NCBI GenBank assembly: GCA_033763315.1
Contig: JANRKS010000016.1
Coordinates: 223,408 to 287,407 of the forward strand
Reading direction: 5' to 3'
Length of the DNA stretch: 64,000 bases
Source of the DNA: Deltaproteobacteria bacterium
GTDB lineage: Bacteria; Myxococcota_A; Polyangia; Fen-1088
In this document: positions 35,448-46,900 of the stretch, one piece after another
How positions within the stretch are numbered: position 1 is the first letter of the stretch
Layout: every line of letters starts with the position of its first letter
Made by a program: the position numbers and the translations under genes
Notes under the pieces: model-generated
Told to the model about the DNA's origin: nothing
Database searches by the model: none
Seen by the model: only the letters and a program-made list of their open reading frames with translations

Positions 35448-36545
35448 GTGACAACGGCACCCCCACAGCACAAGCGCAGGCCACACCTCGCGGTCGTCAC
35501 GATGGCCCTGTGGCTGGTGTCGTGTGGCGGTGACGTTGCTTCGGGGGAAACAGACGGCTCAGGTGGTGGTGGTGGCGGCGGCGCGGCAACCAAGGGCGGC
35601 GGCGGTCAGCCAGCCGCAGGCGGCGTTGCAGGGAACGCCGCGGGAAACGAGGGTGGCGGCGGCGCTGCGTCCACGGGCGGCAGCGCAGGCGATCCGCTGC
35701 CTTCAGGCAAACCGATCTTCGTGGCTGTGGGCTATGGCGGTCACCGCACCCGGTCGCTTGATGGCAAACACTGGCAAGATCACGTCATCGACGATCCGAA
35801 CGGCGGTGACGACAAAACCCTGTTACGAGGCGTAAGCTTCGCCGATGGGGTGTTCGTTGCCGTGGGCGAGCGGGTCTTGACGTCAACGGATGGCGCTCAG
35901 TGGAAAAAGGCCGCCTACACACCCGCATCGTTTTTGAACCAAGCCTGCGCGCTCAATGGCTTGTGGGTGGCGGCGGGGGGCAATGGCTTGCGCGTGCGTT
36001 CGAGCGATAAAGCTGTGACGTGGGAGGTATCGGTCTCATACATGGACGGCCACTTTCGCGGCTTGGCGTGTGGCAAGGGCCGCTTTGTGGCGGTGGGCCA
36101 GCGCAACAGCACGGGCATGATGTCGTTCAGCACCGACGGCATGCAATGGAGCGAGCCCAGCCTTGGCGGCGCCAAGTTGGGCCGCGTTGCGTTCGGCAAT
36201 GGCGTGTTCGTCGCGGTGGGCGATGCAGGCCGCGTGGCCACATCAAGTGATGGGCAAGCCTGGAGCAACAGCACGCTAGGCACGGCCAACCGCGACATGA
36301 TCATGTTCAGCAACGGCTTGTTTGTGACCACCGAAGACGGCGGCTTTCAAACATCACCGGATGGTAAGACCTGGACCCGCGTGAAAAGCACCGGCAGCTT
36401 CACGGCCTTTGCAGGCGCACCTGGTGTATGGGTGGGCGTGCTTTATCCCGGCAAAATGCACCATGGCGCTGACTTGGCGAAGCTGACGCTGGGCGAATCA
36501 ACCGCCCCGGACTTCATTCAAATTGCCGTAGGCTTCTTGCCCTAA
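35448..36545 (+). CDS. Lipoprotein with Gly-rich linker and beta-propeller (Asp-box-like) repeats
   Basis: Lipobox LVSC, poly-Gly linker, repeated FVAVG and S.DG..W units (SLDGKHW, STDGAQW, STDGMQW, SSDGQAW, SPDGKTW). Confidence 0.75.
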   Translation: MTTAPPQHKRRPHLAVVTMALWLVSCGGDVASGETDGSGGGGGGGAATKGGGGQPAAGGVAGNAAGNEGGGGAASTGGSAGDPLPSGKPIFVAVGYGGHRTRSLDGKHWQDHVIDDPNGGDDKTLLRGVSFADGVFVAVGERVLTSTDGAQWKKAAYTPASFLNQACALNGLWVAAGGNGLRVRSSDKAVTWEVSVSYMDGHFRGLACGKGRFVAVGQRNSTGMMSFSTDGMQWSEPSLGGAKLGRVAFGNGVFVAVGDAGRVATSSDGQAWSNSTLGTANRDMIMFSNGLFVTTEDGGFQTSPDGKTWTRVKSTGSFTAFAGAPGVWVGVLYPGKMHHGADLAKLTLGESTAPDFIQIAVGFLP

Positions 36546-37889
36546 CGGTTGCGGCACTTGGGGATGCATGCCCGCCAAACAACCCAACATCATCGTGAGA
36601 TAGGGGCCCACGCCCGCATTCGGGATCAGATCCACGACGTAGATCACGCTCAAGATCAACACGCCTGCCGCCGCGTACCGCTCCTCTCCGGACATCGTCC
36701 GCAACACACGGCCGAACCGGATGATGGGCAACAACAGCAAACCAAAGATGCTCACAAAGCCCACGATGCCCGTGGCGCCCAGCACCGCAATCCAAAAGCC
36801 ATCCACCACGGTGGCTTGTTTGCCTGTAAATCGATCAAACACAAAGCTGCGCGCGTAGCCACCCCAGCCAAACCACGGACGCTCCACCGCGTGACGCAGC
36901 AAGGTTTGCTCGTTTACAAGCCGAAACTGCAACGATTGCGCGCGCTCGTCGCCCACGGCCGATTTGAAAAAGCTGATGACGCCATCCACGGGCACCCAAT
37001 CCCACGTCCGCAGCATCGGATACGCAAAAACAACAATTGCCACCACCATGGCAACGCGCGCTTGCAACCGCGGCCGCGCCCACATCAGCAACGGCAGAAA
37101 CGCCAAGGCATAGATCACCGCGCCCGTCGATCGACACAGCAACAACACCACTGCCAAGTAGATCGTCCAAGCCGTGGCCCCCACACGAAACACCTTCACC
37201 CTCGCCCGCCGCAGCGCCGCAGAAGCCATCAAGGCCATCAATATAAACAGCGCCACGTTGAGCCCGTGACGCATGAACACCTTCGGGCGGTACGCACCAA
37301 AACGGACGGTCTGCGCAAACTCGGATTGGTGATAGCCATAGATCCACATATTGAACTGAGGGCTCAGGCGGATCTCAATGAAGATGAAAAACGTATAGAT
37401 GAGACCGCCCACCACCAACGCGTGCAACAACACGCGCAGATCCTCGCTGTGGCAGAACAGCTTGCGCCCCAGGTAAAACGGCGTCCACCAGGCGAGCAGC
37501 AGCAAGATCGCGTCTGAGATGAAATCGTGAATCGTCTGGCCCGGCAGGTGTACAGGCCCGTATTGCAACGGATCACCGTTGGTCAGCGTCGTAAACAGGG
37601 CGCCCACCGCCAACAGCAGAAACAGCCAATTGTACCGGCCGCCGGGCGCCTTTTGTCGAAGCGCCCGCGGCTTGAACATCAGGCACCCAAGCAGGGCGGA
37701 AAGCGAAGCCACCAGATCTTTGTTCAGTGGTGGGATAAGTGGCAGATCAATCGAAAAATTGGGGGGCAGAAACATCTCGCCGCCCACCAGGCACACCACC
37801 AACGCCACACGCGCAGGCAAAGCGGCAAACAGCACCAACGAGGCCAAGGGCCAGGCGATCAGCGCGGCGTAAGCAATAAAGTTCGGCAC
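36498..37889 (-). CDS. Wzy-like polysaccharide polymerase / O-antigen ligase family protein
   Basis: About 12 TM helices; RPKVFMRHGL, LCRSTGA, RAQSLQFR, RPWFGWGGY, DGFWI..LG..G.VG. Start at GTG 37889. Confidence 0.8.
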   Translation of the reverse strand: MPNFIAYAALIAWPLASLVLFAALPARVALVVCLVGGEMFLPPNFSIDLPLIPPLNKDLVASLSALLGCLMFKPRALRQKAPGGRYNWLFLLLAVGALFTTLTNGDPLQYGPVHLPGQTIHDFISDAILLLLAWWTPFYLGRKLFCHSEDLRVLLHALVVGGLIYTFFIFIEIRLSPQFNMWIYGYHQSEFAQTVRFGAYRPKVFMRHGLNVALFILMALMASAALRRARVKVFRVGATAWTIYLAVVLLLCRSTGAVIYALAFLPLLMWARPRLQARVAMVVAIVVFAYPMLRTWDWVPVDGVISFFKSAVGDERAQSLQFRLVNEQTLLRHAVERPWFGWGGYARSFVFDRFTGKQATVVDGFWIAVLGATGIVGFVSIFGLLLLPIIRFGRVLRTMSGEERYAAAGVLILSVIYVVDLIPNAGVGPYLTMMLGCLAGMHPQVPQPLGQEAYGNLNEVRGG

Positions 37890-38120
37890 TAAGACAGAGT
37901 CCCCAGAGGGAAGATAGAATGGGGGGCACAGCCTGTGCACACAAATTTCGCGCCAACACCGCGCCGCCGTCCGCCCCTACAAAACCCGCGCTTTGCACTT
38001 AAGACGGCGTCCAATGCGGGAAGATGACGTATCCTCGCCGTAACCAACCTGACACGAAGATCCAGCAATGACTCATCCGCTACCTAGGGCCTTGATCAAC
38101 CCTTGTCGAACCATCGCGCC

Positions 38121-41100
38121 ATGAGCTCCAGCGTCATCATCGGCCGAGGCCCCCAGGCCGTTGCGTGCGGCGAGCTCTGGCTTGAGCGTGGGCACACCAT
38201 CCGCTGCGTGGTGACGGCCTGCCCTGAACTCCGTGCCTGGTGCCAAAAGAGGGGCTTGCAACACGTAGAGCCGCAGGCCGATCTTCTTGCGGTCCTTGCA
38301 AACCAGCCCTTCGACTACTTGTTCAGCATCGTCAACCACGCCATCACACAGCCCGCGGTTCTGGCTCTGCCCACGAAGGCGGCCATCAATTACCACGATT
38401 CACTGTTGCCCGCGTATGGCGGCTTTAACGCCACCGCGTGGGCGATTTTGGATGGCCAAGCCAACCACGGCATCACATGGCACCGCATGAGTGCAGATGT
38501 TGATGCGGGCGCTCCTCTGCTGCAAAAGGCGCTGCCGATCGCCGACGACGACACAGCCTTTGGCCTCGCGGCACGCGCGGGCGAATTGGCCGTGCGCGCC
38601 TTTGCGGAGCTTGTGGCTGCCCTTGAACAAGGTGACCTCGAAGAAGCGCCCGCGCGCCCGGTGCACGATTTTCATTTTCGCTCGCAACGTCCCGGCTTTG
38701 CGGTGCTCGACTTTACTGAGGGCAGCCCATCGTTGCTGCGGCTCGTGCGGGGCCTTGATTTTGGCAACGAAGACAATTGGATGACACGCGCGAAGGCACA
38801 GACGCCCACAGGGGAGTTTCTGTGCGTCGCCAGCGCCGCGCCGGCGTCCACGCCATCAGCATCGCCAGGCACCGTGATCGGCGTGGATGACGAAGGCTTT
38901 GTGGTGGCCACCCGCGATGGCGCGCTTCGCCTTGAACTCACTTCATTGTCCGGACAGGGAATGTCGCTTGCGCAGCTGCGCGCGCTGGGCGTTGTGGTTG
39001 GCGCGCACATGCCCACGCCCACATTGCGCGCGGTGGCTGAATCCTTCGACGCCGCGGTGACGAACAAAGAGCGTTACTGGGTCAAGCGCTTGCAACAGTT
39101 GGCGCCCGCTTGCTTTGGTGAATGCAAAACCACCGCAACCCCTGGGCCGCACCAACAAGTGACGGCCGTCCTGCCTGCAACGTTCACAGCGCTTCCCGTC
39201 GCGCAGCAAGAAGCAACGCTAGCGGCCGCCGTCGCCGCTTATCTGGCACGTGTAGGCGATGAGCTAACGCGGGTGGATCTAGGGCAGTTGGTGGCAGAGC
39301 TGCCGCAATCGCTTCAGCCGCTTTATGCCGACGTCGTTCCGTTGTGCATACCAGTGGCGCCTGAAACGTCATGGGCCTCGCTCGTGCAACAAACCCAGCA
39401 ACAACTGCACGCGAACGCCGAACGCAAAACGTACGCGCGCGATGTGTTCACGCGCTACGGTGCGTTGCGGGGGCGATCGGGTGAACTGCCCGTGGCCATC
39501 ACTTCCACGCTGCCGCAAAGCCTGCCCCGAGGCATCAAGGTACTTGTGGGTTGCACGGCAGATCGCGGCCATCTTGGCTTGTTGTTTGATTCGGCCGCGC
39601 TCTCGCGTGTGCACGCGGAACGATTGGCCGCGCGATTGACGCACGTGATTGCCGAGGCAACGCCGGACGCGCCCGTGTCTGCTTTGCCCATCGTGACGGC
39701 CGAGGAGCGCGAGCGCTTGCTTCATACGCTGCAAGACACCGAACGCGCCTTTACACCTGCCTGCATCCACCATCTTTTTGCCGCCCAAGCCGCGCGCACG
39801 CCGCAGGCCACGGCGCTTGTGTTCCGCAGTGAACGGCTGAGCTACGCTGAGCTTGACGAACGGTCAAACGCGTTGGCGCATCAGCTGGTGGCGATGGGTG
39901 TGGGACCTGATCAGCTGGTGGCCATATACATCGAACGCTCGCTGGAGATGGTGGTGGGTCTGCTCGCCATATTGAAGGCCGGCGGCGCGTATGTGCCGCT
40001 TGATCCCGCGTACCCGCAAGAGCGCCTGGCAATGATGTTGGAAGATTCGGGCGCGCGTTGGCTGCTGACGCAAAGCCATTTGGCCGCGCAGCTGCCGCAT
40101 CACAAAGCCGCGGTTGTGTTGGTGGGCGGGCTTGCGAACGAGACCGTGGCCACCACACGCGCGGCGCCGCAGGTTGATGTGCAGCCGCACCACTTGGCTT
40201 ATGTGATCTTCACATCGGGCTCCACAGGGCGCCCTAAGGGCGTGATGATCGAACACCGCAACGTGGCCAACTTCTTCGTTGGCATGGATGAACGTGTGGG
40301 CCAAACCGCGGGCACGTGGCTGGCGGTGACGAGCGTCTCGTTTGACATTTCCGTCCTTGAGTTGTTCTGGACGCTGTCGCGGGGCTTCAAAGTGGTGATT
40401 CAGGAGGAAGGCGATCGCGCCTCCCTTCTCAAGGCACAAACCACCACGCGCGCCACCAGCCGCCCGATGGGTTTTGGGTTGTTCTACTTCGCCGCCGACA
40501 GTGCGGTGGCAGGCAGCACCAACGCTTACCAGCTGATGCTTGAAGGCGCGCGGTTTGCCGACACACACGATTTTGTCGCCGTGTGGACACCTGAACGCCA
40601 CTTCCATGCGTTCGGTGGCCTTTATCCAAACGCGGCGGTCACCTCGGCCGCCATCGCCGCCATCACCAAGCACGTGCAGGTGCGCGCCGGCAGCGTTGTG
40701 ATCCCTTTGCACGATCCCATCCGCGTCGCGGAGGACTGGGCCGTGGTGGATAACCTTTCGGGCGGGCGCGTGGGTTTATCGTTCGCCTCAGGCTGGCACG
40801 CCAACGATTTCGCACTGAAACCAGAAAACTTCGCCAAGCGCCACGAAGTGATGCGGTCGTCGATCGAGACGGTGCTCAAGTTGTGGCGCGGCGAGAAGAT
40901 CGCCGCCACCAACGGCAACGGTGAAGCGATCGAGATCAGCGTCTTGCCACGCCCCGTGCGCGCCCGTCCGCCGATGTGGATCGCGTCCGCAGGGAACATC
41001 GAAACGTTTCGCATGGCAGGCCGCCAGGGCTATAACGTGCTCACCAACATGCTGGGCCAAGATCTCAAAGATCTGGCGCAAAAATTCGCCGCCTACCGCG

Positions 41101-43952
41101 AAGCGCGTGCTGAAAATGGCCACACCGGTGAAGGCACCATCTCGGTGATGTTGCACACATTCGTCACGGACAGCGACGACAAGGCACGCGCGCTTTCGCG
41201 ACAGCCCTTTGGCAATTACCTCAAGAGCTCCTATGACCTTGTCAAGGTGGCGCCGTGGATGTTCCCCGCCTTCAAAAAGCCCTCAAACGGTTCAGCGTCG
41301 CTTGCAGACAACGCGCTTGACGAAGGCGATCTGGAAGCGCTGCTCGATCATGCCTTCGATCGCTATTTCGATACCGCGGGGTTGTTCGGCACACCCGCGC
41401 GCGCGTTGCGATTGGTTGAACAGCTCAAAGACATCGGCGCCACGGAAGTGGCATGCCTGATTGATTTTGGCATCGATCCACAAGTGGTGCTCGCGAACCT
41501 GCAGCACCTGGATGAACTGCGCCGGATGGCCAACCCTGCGCCTGCCGATGATCTTCAAACGCAAGCGCCCGTATCCATACGTGAGCAGTTCGAGGCGCAC
41601 AAGATCACGCATTTTCAATGTACGCCTTCGATGGCCCGCATTTTGGTGGCTGACGGCACGATCGGTGTGATGGGCTCGTTGCAGAAGTGGCTCATTGGCG
41701 GGGAAGCCTTGCCCGCTGATTTGGCAGCCACCATCACCCGCGCCTTGCCTCACACAGAAGTCGTGAACATGTATGGCCCCACTGAAACCACAGTGTGGTC
41801 AACCACCGCGGTTGTTCGCGCCGACGCGCCCATCACCATCGGCACGCCAATCGCAAACACACAAATTCGCCTGCTGGATAAGAACCTGGCACTGGCGCCG
41901 CTTGGCACCGCGGCAGAGTTGTGCATCGGTGGCGCCAGCGTTGTGCGCGGCTACCTTCACCAACCGGAGCTCACGGCGTCGCGCTTCATCGCCGATCCCT
42001 TTGCACCAGGCAACCGCCTTTATCGCACGGGTGATCTCGCGCGTTACCGCGACGATGGGAACATCGAATACATCGGCCGCATGGATGGCCAGGTGAAGGT
42101 CAATGGGTACCGCATTGAGCTTGGCGAGATCGAAACGATTCTGGGCAAGCATCCGGCTGTCAAAGAAGGCGTGGTGGCCGTAAAACAGAATGCCAGTGGC
42201 CCTATGCTCGTGGCCTATGTGGTTCCGTCTGGGCAGGCCACCCAGAGCGCGGCCACCGAAGTGCAGCAGTGGCAAAAGCGCTGGGAAGAAGCGTACGCCA
42301 CCAAAGCGGGCGCGGCCCAAGCCACACCTCGTTTCGATACGTCGGGTTGGCTCAGCAGCTACACGGGCGAGCCCATTGCCGCGTCCCACATGCGAGCGTG
42401 GCTCGATGAAACCGTGACGCGGATCTTGGCATTGCAGCCAAAGCGCGTGTTGGAGATTGGCTGTGGAACGGGCATGTTGCTCTACGCGTGCTTGCCGCAT
42501 GTAGAACACTACACGGCGCTCGATCTTTCGTCGTTCGCGTTGGAATCCATCCGCGCCGAACTTACGCCCGCGGAACAACGGAAGGTGACTCTATTGAACC
42601 GCCCCGCGCACGAAATCGATGTTGTGCCCCAAGGCAGCTTTGATCTCGTGATCATCAATTCGGTGGCACAATACTTTCCGAACGCCGCCTACCTTGAAAA
42701 GGTGCTGCAACAGGCAGGGCAGGCGTTGGTGGACGGAGGCAAAGTGTTTTTGGGCGACGTGCGCAGCTTGGAAGAAGCGCAAACATTCGCCACCGTGGTG
42801 CAGCTGCACAAGGCTCCCGGGCAAATGGACGCTCAGACGCTCGCCGCACGCATCGCCGAACGGGTGCAATTGGATCCTGAGCTGTTGTTGGCGGGTGGGT
42901 TCTTTGCGCAGCTGCCAACGCGCGTGCCGCGCCTCACGTGCATCTCAATTGAGCTTAAGCGCGGGCAACACGCAAACGAGATGCGTGACTTTCGCAGCGA
43001 CGTTGTCTTGCAGGCTGGTTCACCGCCGCCAACCTTGCCTCGCGCCGTCACAATAGGCGCGCCCGATTCTTTGGCCGCCCTGCAGGCCGCTGTGGGCACC
43101 CAACCGCTTGTGCTGTGTGAAGGCATCACCAACGCGCGGTTGGCCGCCGTGCATGAAGTGTTGCGCACCCTTGATGCCAAGGCTGACACCACAGTGGACG
43201 CTTTGCGCGCGGCGCTGGAACGGCCTCGCGGCGCTGGCCTCGATCCAACCGCCTTGCCGCCGGCGTTTGGGGCCTATGAGGTGCACTTACGCTTCGGCGC
43301 GCAGCCAGGCACATTCGACGCCTTGTTCCGCCACAAACAATCGGCGCCAGCAGGGGTGTGGCCACCCAAGGCCAGTGGCAACGCACCCGTGTGCAGCACA
43401 CCTCACAGCGCGGACGACACGGCAACTTTGGCGCCCAAACTTAAAGCGCACATTCGAGATTTCCTGCCGGAATACATGGTGCCAGCGGCCTTTGTCTTCA
43501 TGCCCGTCTTTCCGCTGACACCCAATGGCAAGATCGATCGAAAGGCGTTGCCGTTGCCCGCAGAGACTTCAGCGCCGCAGGCAGCCGTTGATTACGTGGT
43601 GCCTGCGAACGAGCTTGAACGGCAGATCGCGCAGATGTGGAGCGAAATGCTTGGCGTGCCGCGCGTGGGCCGCAAAGACAACATCTTCGACCTTGGCGCC
43701 AGTTCACTGCTCACCGTGGAAGCCAATGGCCGGTTGCAAAAGACGTTGGGCCGCAAAATCCCGCTCGTCACGATGTTCCGTTATCCAACCATCGAATCGC
43801 TTGCGTCTCATCTCGCCAAAGCCATCGCTGCAGAAGCGCCGGCCGGCGCCCCGACGGCACCGTCCGCCGAAGATGCCGCCGAGCTAGAACGCAAAAGCCG
43901 TCTGCAAGCCGCGGCCGATCGGCGCCGGCAAGCCCGCACGCGAAGCACGTAA
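38121..43952 (+). CDS. NRPS loading module: formyltransferase-degenerate C-like region-A(Gly) interrupted by an LLM monooxygenase and an MT-PCP
   Basis: Formyltransferase INYHDSLLP.YGG, HGITWH, DVDAG. A domain FTSGSTGRPKG and FDISVLE, then LLM (FGLFYF, VWTPERHFHAFGGLYPN, SGWHANDF), then THFQCTPS and NMYGPTETTVW (code DILQLGMVWK). MT LEIGCGTG/NSVAQYFP; PLTPNGKIDR; PCP FDLGASSL. Confidence 0.93.
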   Translation: MSSSVIIGRGPQAVACGELWLERGHTIRCVVTACPELRAWCQKRGLQHVEPQADLLAVLANQPFDYLFSIVNHAITQPAVLALPTKAAINYHDSLLPAYGGFNATAWAILDGQANHGITWHRMSADVDAGAPLLQKALPIADDDTAFGLAARAGELAVRAFAELVAALEQGDLEEAPARPVHDFHFRSQRPGFAVLDFTEGSPSLLRLVRGLDFGNEDNWMTRAKAQTPTGEFLCVASAAPASTPSASPGTVIGVDDEGFVVATRDGALRLELTSLSGQGMSLAQLRALGVVVGAHMPTPTLRAVAESFDAAVTNKERYWVKRLQQLAPACFGECKTTATPGPHQQVTAVLPATFTALPVAQQEATLAAAVAAYLARVGDELTRVDLGQLVAELPQSLQPLYADVVPLCIPVAPETSWASLVQQTQQQLHANAERKTYARDVFTRYGALRGRSGELPVAITSTLPQSLPRGIKVLVGCTADRGHLGLLFDSAALSRVHAERLAARLTHVIAEATPDAPVSALPIVTAEERERLLHTLQDTERAFTPACIHHLFAAQAARTPQATALVFRSERLSYAELDERSNALAHQLVAMGVGPDQLVAIYIERSLEMVVGLLAILKAGGAYVPLDPAYPQERLAMMLEDSGARWLLTQSHLAAQLPHHKAAVVLVGGLANETVATTRAAPQVDVQPHHLAYVIFTSGSTGRPKGVMIEHRNVANFFVGMDERVGQTAGTWLAVTSVSFDISVLELFWTLSRGFKVVIQEEGDRASLLKAQTTTRATSRPMGFGLFYFAADSAVAGSTNAYQLMLEGARFADTHDFVAVWTPERHFHAFGGLYPNAAVTSAAIAAITKHVQVRAGSVVIPLHDPIRVAEDWAVVDNLSGGRVGLSFASGWHANDFALKPENFAKRHEVMRSSIETVLKLWRGEKIAATNGNGEAIEISVLPRPVRARPPMWIASAGNIETFRMAGRQGYNVLTNMLGQDLKDLAQKFAAYREARAENGHTGEGTISVMLHTFVTDSDDKARALSRQPFGNYLKSSYDLVKVAPWMFPAFKKPSNGSASLADNALDEGDLEALLDHAFDRYFDTAGLFGTPARALRLVEQLKDIGATEVACLIDFGIDPQVVLANLQHLDELRRMANPAPADDLQTQAPVSIREQFEAHKITHFQCTPSMARILVADGTIGVMGSLQKWLIGGEALPADLAATITRALPHTEVVNMYGPTETTVWSTTAVVRADAPITIGTPIANTQIRLLDKNLALAPLGTAAELCIGGASVVRGYLHQPELTASRFIADPFAPGNRLYRTGDLARYRDDGNIEYIGRMDGQVKVNGYRIELGEIETILGKHPAVKEGVVAVKQNASGPMLVAYVVPSGQATQSAATEVQQWQKRWEEAYATKAGAAQATPRFDTSGWLSSYTGEPIAASHMRAWLDETVTRILALQPKRVLEIGCGTGMLLYACLPHVEHYTALDLSSFALESIRAELTPAEQRKVTLLNRPAHEIDVVPQGSFDLVIINSVAQYFPNAAYLEKVLQQAGQALVDGGKVFLGDVRSLEEAQTFATVVQLHKAPGQMDAQTLAARIAERVQLDPELLLAGGFFAQLPTRVPRLTCISIELKRGQHANEMRDFRSDVVLQAGSPPPTLPRAVTIGAPDSLAALQAAVGTQPLVLCEGITNARLAAVHEVLRTLDAKADTTVDALRAALERPRGAGLDPTALPPAFGAYEVHLRFGAQPGTFDALFRHKQSAPAGVWPPKASGNAPVCSTPHSADDTATLAPKLKAHIRDFLPEYMVPAAFVFMPVFPLTPNGKIDRKALPLPAETSAPQAAVDYVVPANELERQIAQMWSEMLGVPRVGRKDNIFDLGASSLLTVEANGRLQKTLGRKIPLVTMFRYPTIESLASHLAKAIAAEAPAGAPTAPSAEDAAELERKSRLQAAADRRRQARTRST

Positions 43953-43955
43953 CCC

Positions 43956-46900
43956 ATGGATCCCACCAACACCACCATATCTGCCTCGGACGATGACGGC
44001 GCCATCGCCATCATAGGTATGGCCTGTCGTTTTCCCGGCGCCCGCAACCTTGACGAATACTGGGCCAACCTTGTGGCCGGCAAAGAATCCATTCGTACGC
44101 TCAGCGGCGATGAGCTGATCAAAGCAGGCGTTCCGCGCCGCTTCTTAGACGATCCCACATACGTCAAAGCCTGCCCCGTGTTGGACGACATCGATAAGTT
44201 CGACGCCGCGTTTTTCGGCATCAGCCCCCGCGATGCCGCCGTGATGGATCCCGCGCACCGCTTCTTTTTGGAAGTGGCATGGCAAGCGTTGGAAAACGCC
44301 GGCAACACAGGGCTTGCCGATGAATCAACCGTGGGCGTGTTCGCATCCTCAGGCGCTCCGCTTTATTGGATGAACAACGTGCGCAGCCACCATCAATTGG
44401 TGGAAGCGATGGGCGAGTTCTTGGTGCGCCACACCGGCAACGACATGAACTTTCTGGCCACGCGCGCCTCATATGATTTGGATTTGCGCGGCCCCAGCCT
44501 GAACGTGCAAACCGCCTGTTCCTCCGCGCTGGCGGCGGCACACCTGGCGCGCCAAAGCCTGCTCGCACGCGAATGCGATATGGCCTTGATTGGCGGATCC
44601 ACAATCTTGGTGCCCATGGCACACGGCTATCATTGGAAAGAAGGCGAAATCCTTTCCCCCGATGGCCACTGCCGCCCCTTCGATCATCGCAGCGCCGGCA
44701 CAGTATTTGGAAGCGGCACGGGCTGCTTGGTGTTAAAGCGCCTCACCGACGCCTTGGACAATGGCGACACGATCTATGCCGTCATCAAAGGATCCGCGAT
44801 CAACAACGACGGCTCCGTGAAAGTGGGCTTCTTGGCCCCCGGGGTGGAAGGCCAAGCCGACGTGATCAAAAAAGCATTGGCGTCGGCCAACGTCAGTGCA
44901 CGCAGCATAAGTTACGTGGAAGCTCACGGCACGGGCACCAGCGTGGGTGATCCGATCGAACTTACGGCCCTTGAACAAGCCTTTGCCGAGCAAACCACTG
45001 ACAAGCAGTTCTGTGGCATCGGATCGGTGAAATCCAACATCGGCCACCTGGGTGAAGCGGCCGCCGCCGCCGCTCTGATCAAGCTTGCCTTGTCATTGAA
45101 GCACCGCACATTGCCCCCTTCGCTTGGTTTCGAGGCACCGAACCCGCGCTTCGATATGGCGAATAGCCCCTTCTATGTGAACGCATCGTGCCGGCCTTGG
45201 CAAAGCAGCGAGCCGTTGCGCGCAGGCATCACGGCCTTGGGCGCGGGTGGCACCAACGTGCACTTGGTGCTTGAAGAGCCACCTGCATTTTTGGAAGGCG
45301 AAGGCGGCCGCACGCGCAATTTGCTGGTTTTGTCGGCGAAATCGAAGCCCGCGCTTGAGCGCATGAGCGCGAACCTGGCCGCGCACATCGAGAGCCACGC
45401 CTCAGACCATCTCGCTGACGTGGCCTTTACGTTGGCCATGGGACGCCGATCGCTTTGCTACCGCCGCGTGTTGGTGGCGCGAGATCGGGCCGATGCCGTT
45501 GCCCTTCTCAAAGGCCTTCACCCCACGCGCCTCGCCACGCTCGCGGCTGATCAAAGTGATCCAAGTGTGGTCTATACGTTCCCAGGCGGCGGCGCACAGT
45601 ACGCGCGCATGTGCTTGGATCTGTACGAGGCCGAGCCGGCGTTCAGATCCGCTCTCGACGATTGTTTTGCCATCATCGATGCCGAGATCGATCCCAACAT
45701 ACGCTCGCTGCTTTTTGCGCCCGCGGCGCAAGTCGACGTGGCAACCAAAGCATTGCAGCGCCCCGCGGCCTCGTTGCCCACGCTGTTCTCGGTGGAGTAC
45801 GCGTTGGCGCGTTTGTTTGATGCCTTCGGCCTGCGCCCCGCCGCCTACGTGGGCCACAGCATGGGCGAGTATGTGGCCGCGTGTTTGGCGGGCGTGTTCT
45901 CGCTGCGCGATGGCTTGCGGCTTGTGGCGCTGCGTGGCCGCCTGTTTGAAACCACGCAAAAAGGTAAAATGGTGGGCGTGTCGCTGTCGGAAGCGCAAAC
46001 GCGGGCGATCATGCCCGCGGGGCTCAGCATCGCCGCCGTCAACGCCCCCACCTTATGCGTGGCCTCTGGGCCCAGCGAGCTCATCGACGAACTTACGCGC
46101 ACGCTCACAGCGCAACAGGTGGATTGGACGCCGATCCACATCGACGTCGCCGCGCATTCGTCGCTGCTTGAGCCCATCCTTGATGAGTTCAGGCGCTTTT
46201 GCCGCACGATCAGCTTTCGTGCGCCACAAAAGCCCGTGGCATCGAATCTCACAGGCCGTTGGCTCACGCCCGCCGAAGCCACGGATCCCGAATATTGGGT
46301 CCGCCATCTGCGCGGCACGGTACGCTTTTCAGATTGTGTGGAAACCGTTTTGGCCGATGGCAACCGTGTTTTCCTTGAAATTGGTCCAGGCCGCACACTC
46401 ACCACGCTGGTGGCCGCACAAGCCACCTCCGTGCGCCATGCGTTCAATTCCGTTCGTCATCCCAAGGAGGAGGCGAACGACGTTGACTATGCGCTGCAAA
46501 CGTTAGGAAAAGTGTGGGCCGCTGGCGCGAAAGTGGACTGGACGGCGCTTTACGATGGCCAGCTTCGCAACCGCATCCCCCTGCCCGTTTATCCCTTTGA
46601 AGGTCAATCTTATTGGGTGGACGGCCAAGCGGTGCACACCACATCAAGCACCGAACTTGTAAAGCGCGAGAACATCGACGAATGGTTCTATGCAGCGACA
46701 TGGCAGCCTGCGCCGATCTTGCATGCGCACCCCACACAAGCCGCGCACTGGTTGATCTTTGCCAACGACGCGGTGGCCTCGCAACTTCTTGCGGAACAGC
46801 TGCAACAGCATGGCGCCAGTGACGTGGTGATCGTTTCGCCGGGCGCAGCATTCAATCAAAGAGATCTCGCCCGCTTTGAGCTTGTCGAAGGCAACACAGA

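Noticed and set aside
39060-39700. Functional condensation domain in the formyl-NRPS
   Set aside because: Only a partial C-like remnant with no HHxxxDG; treated as structural.
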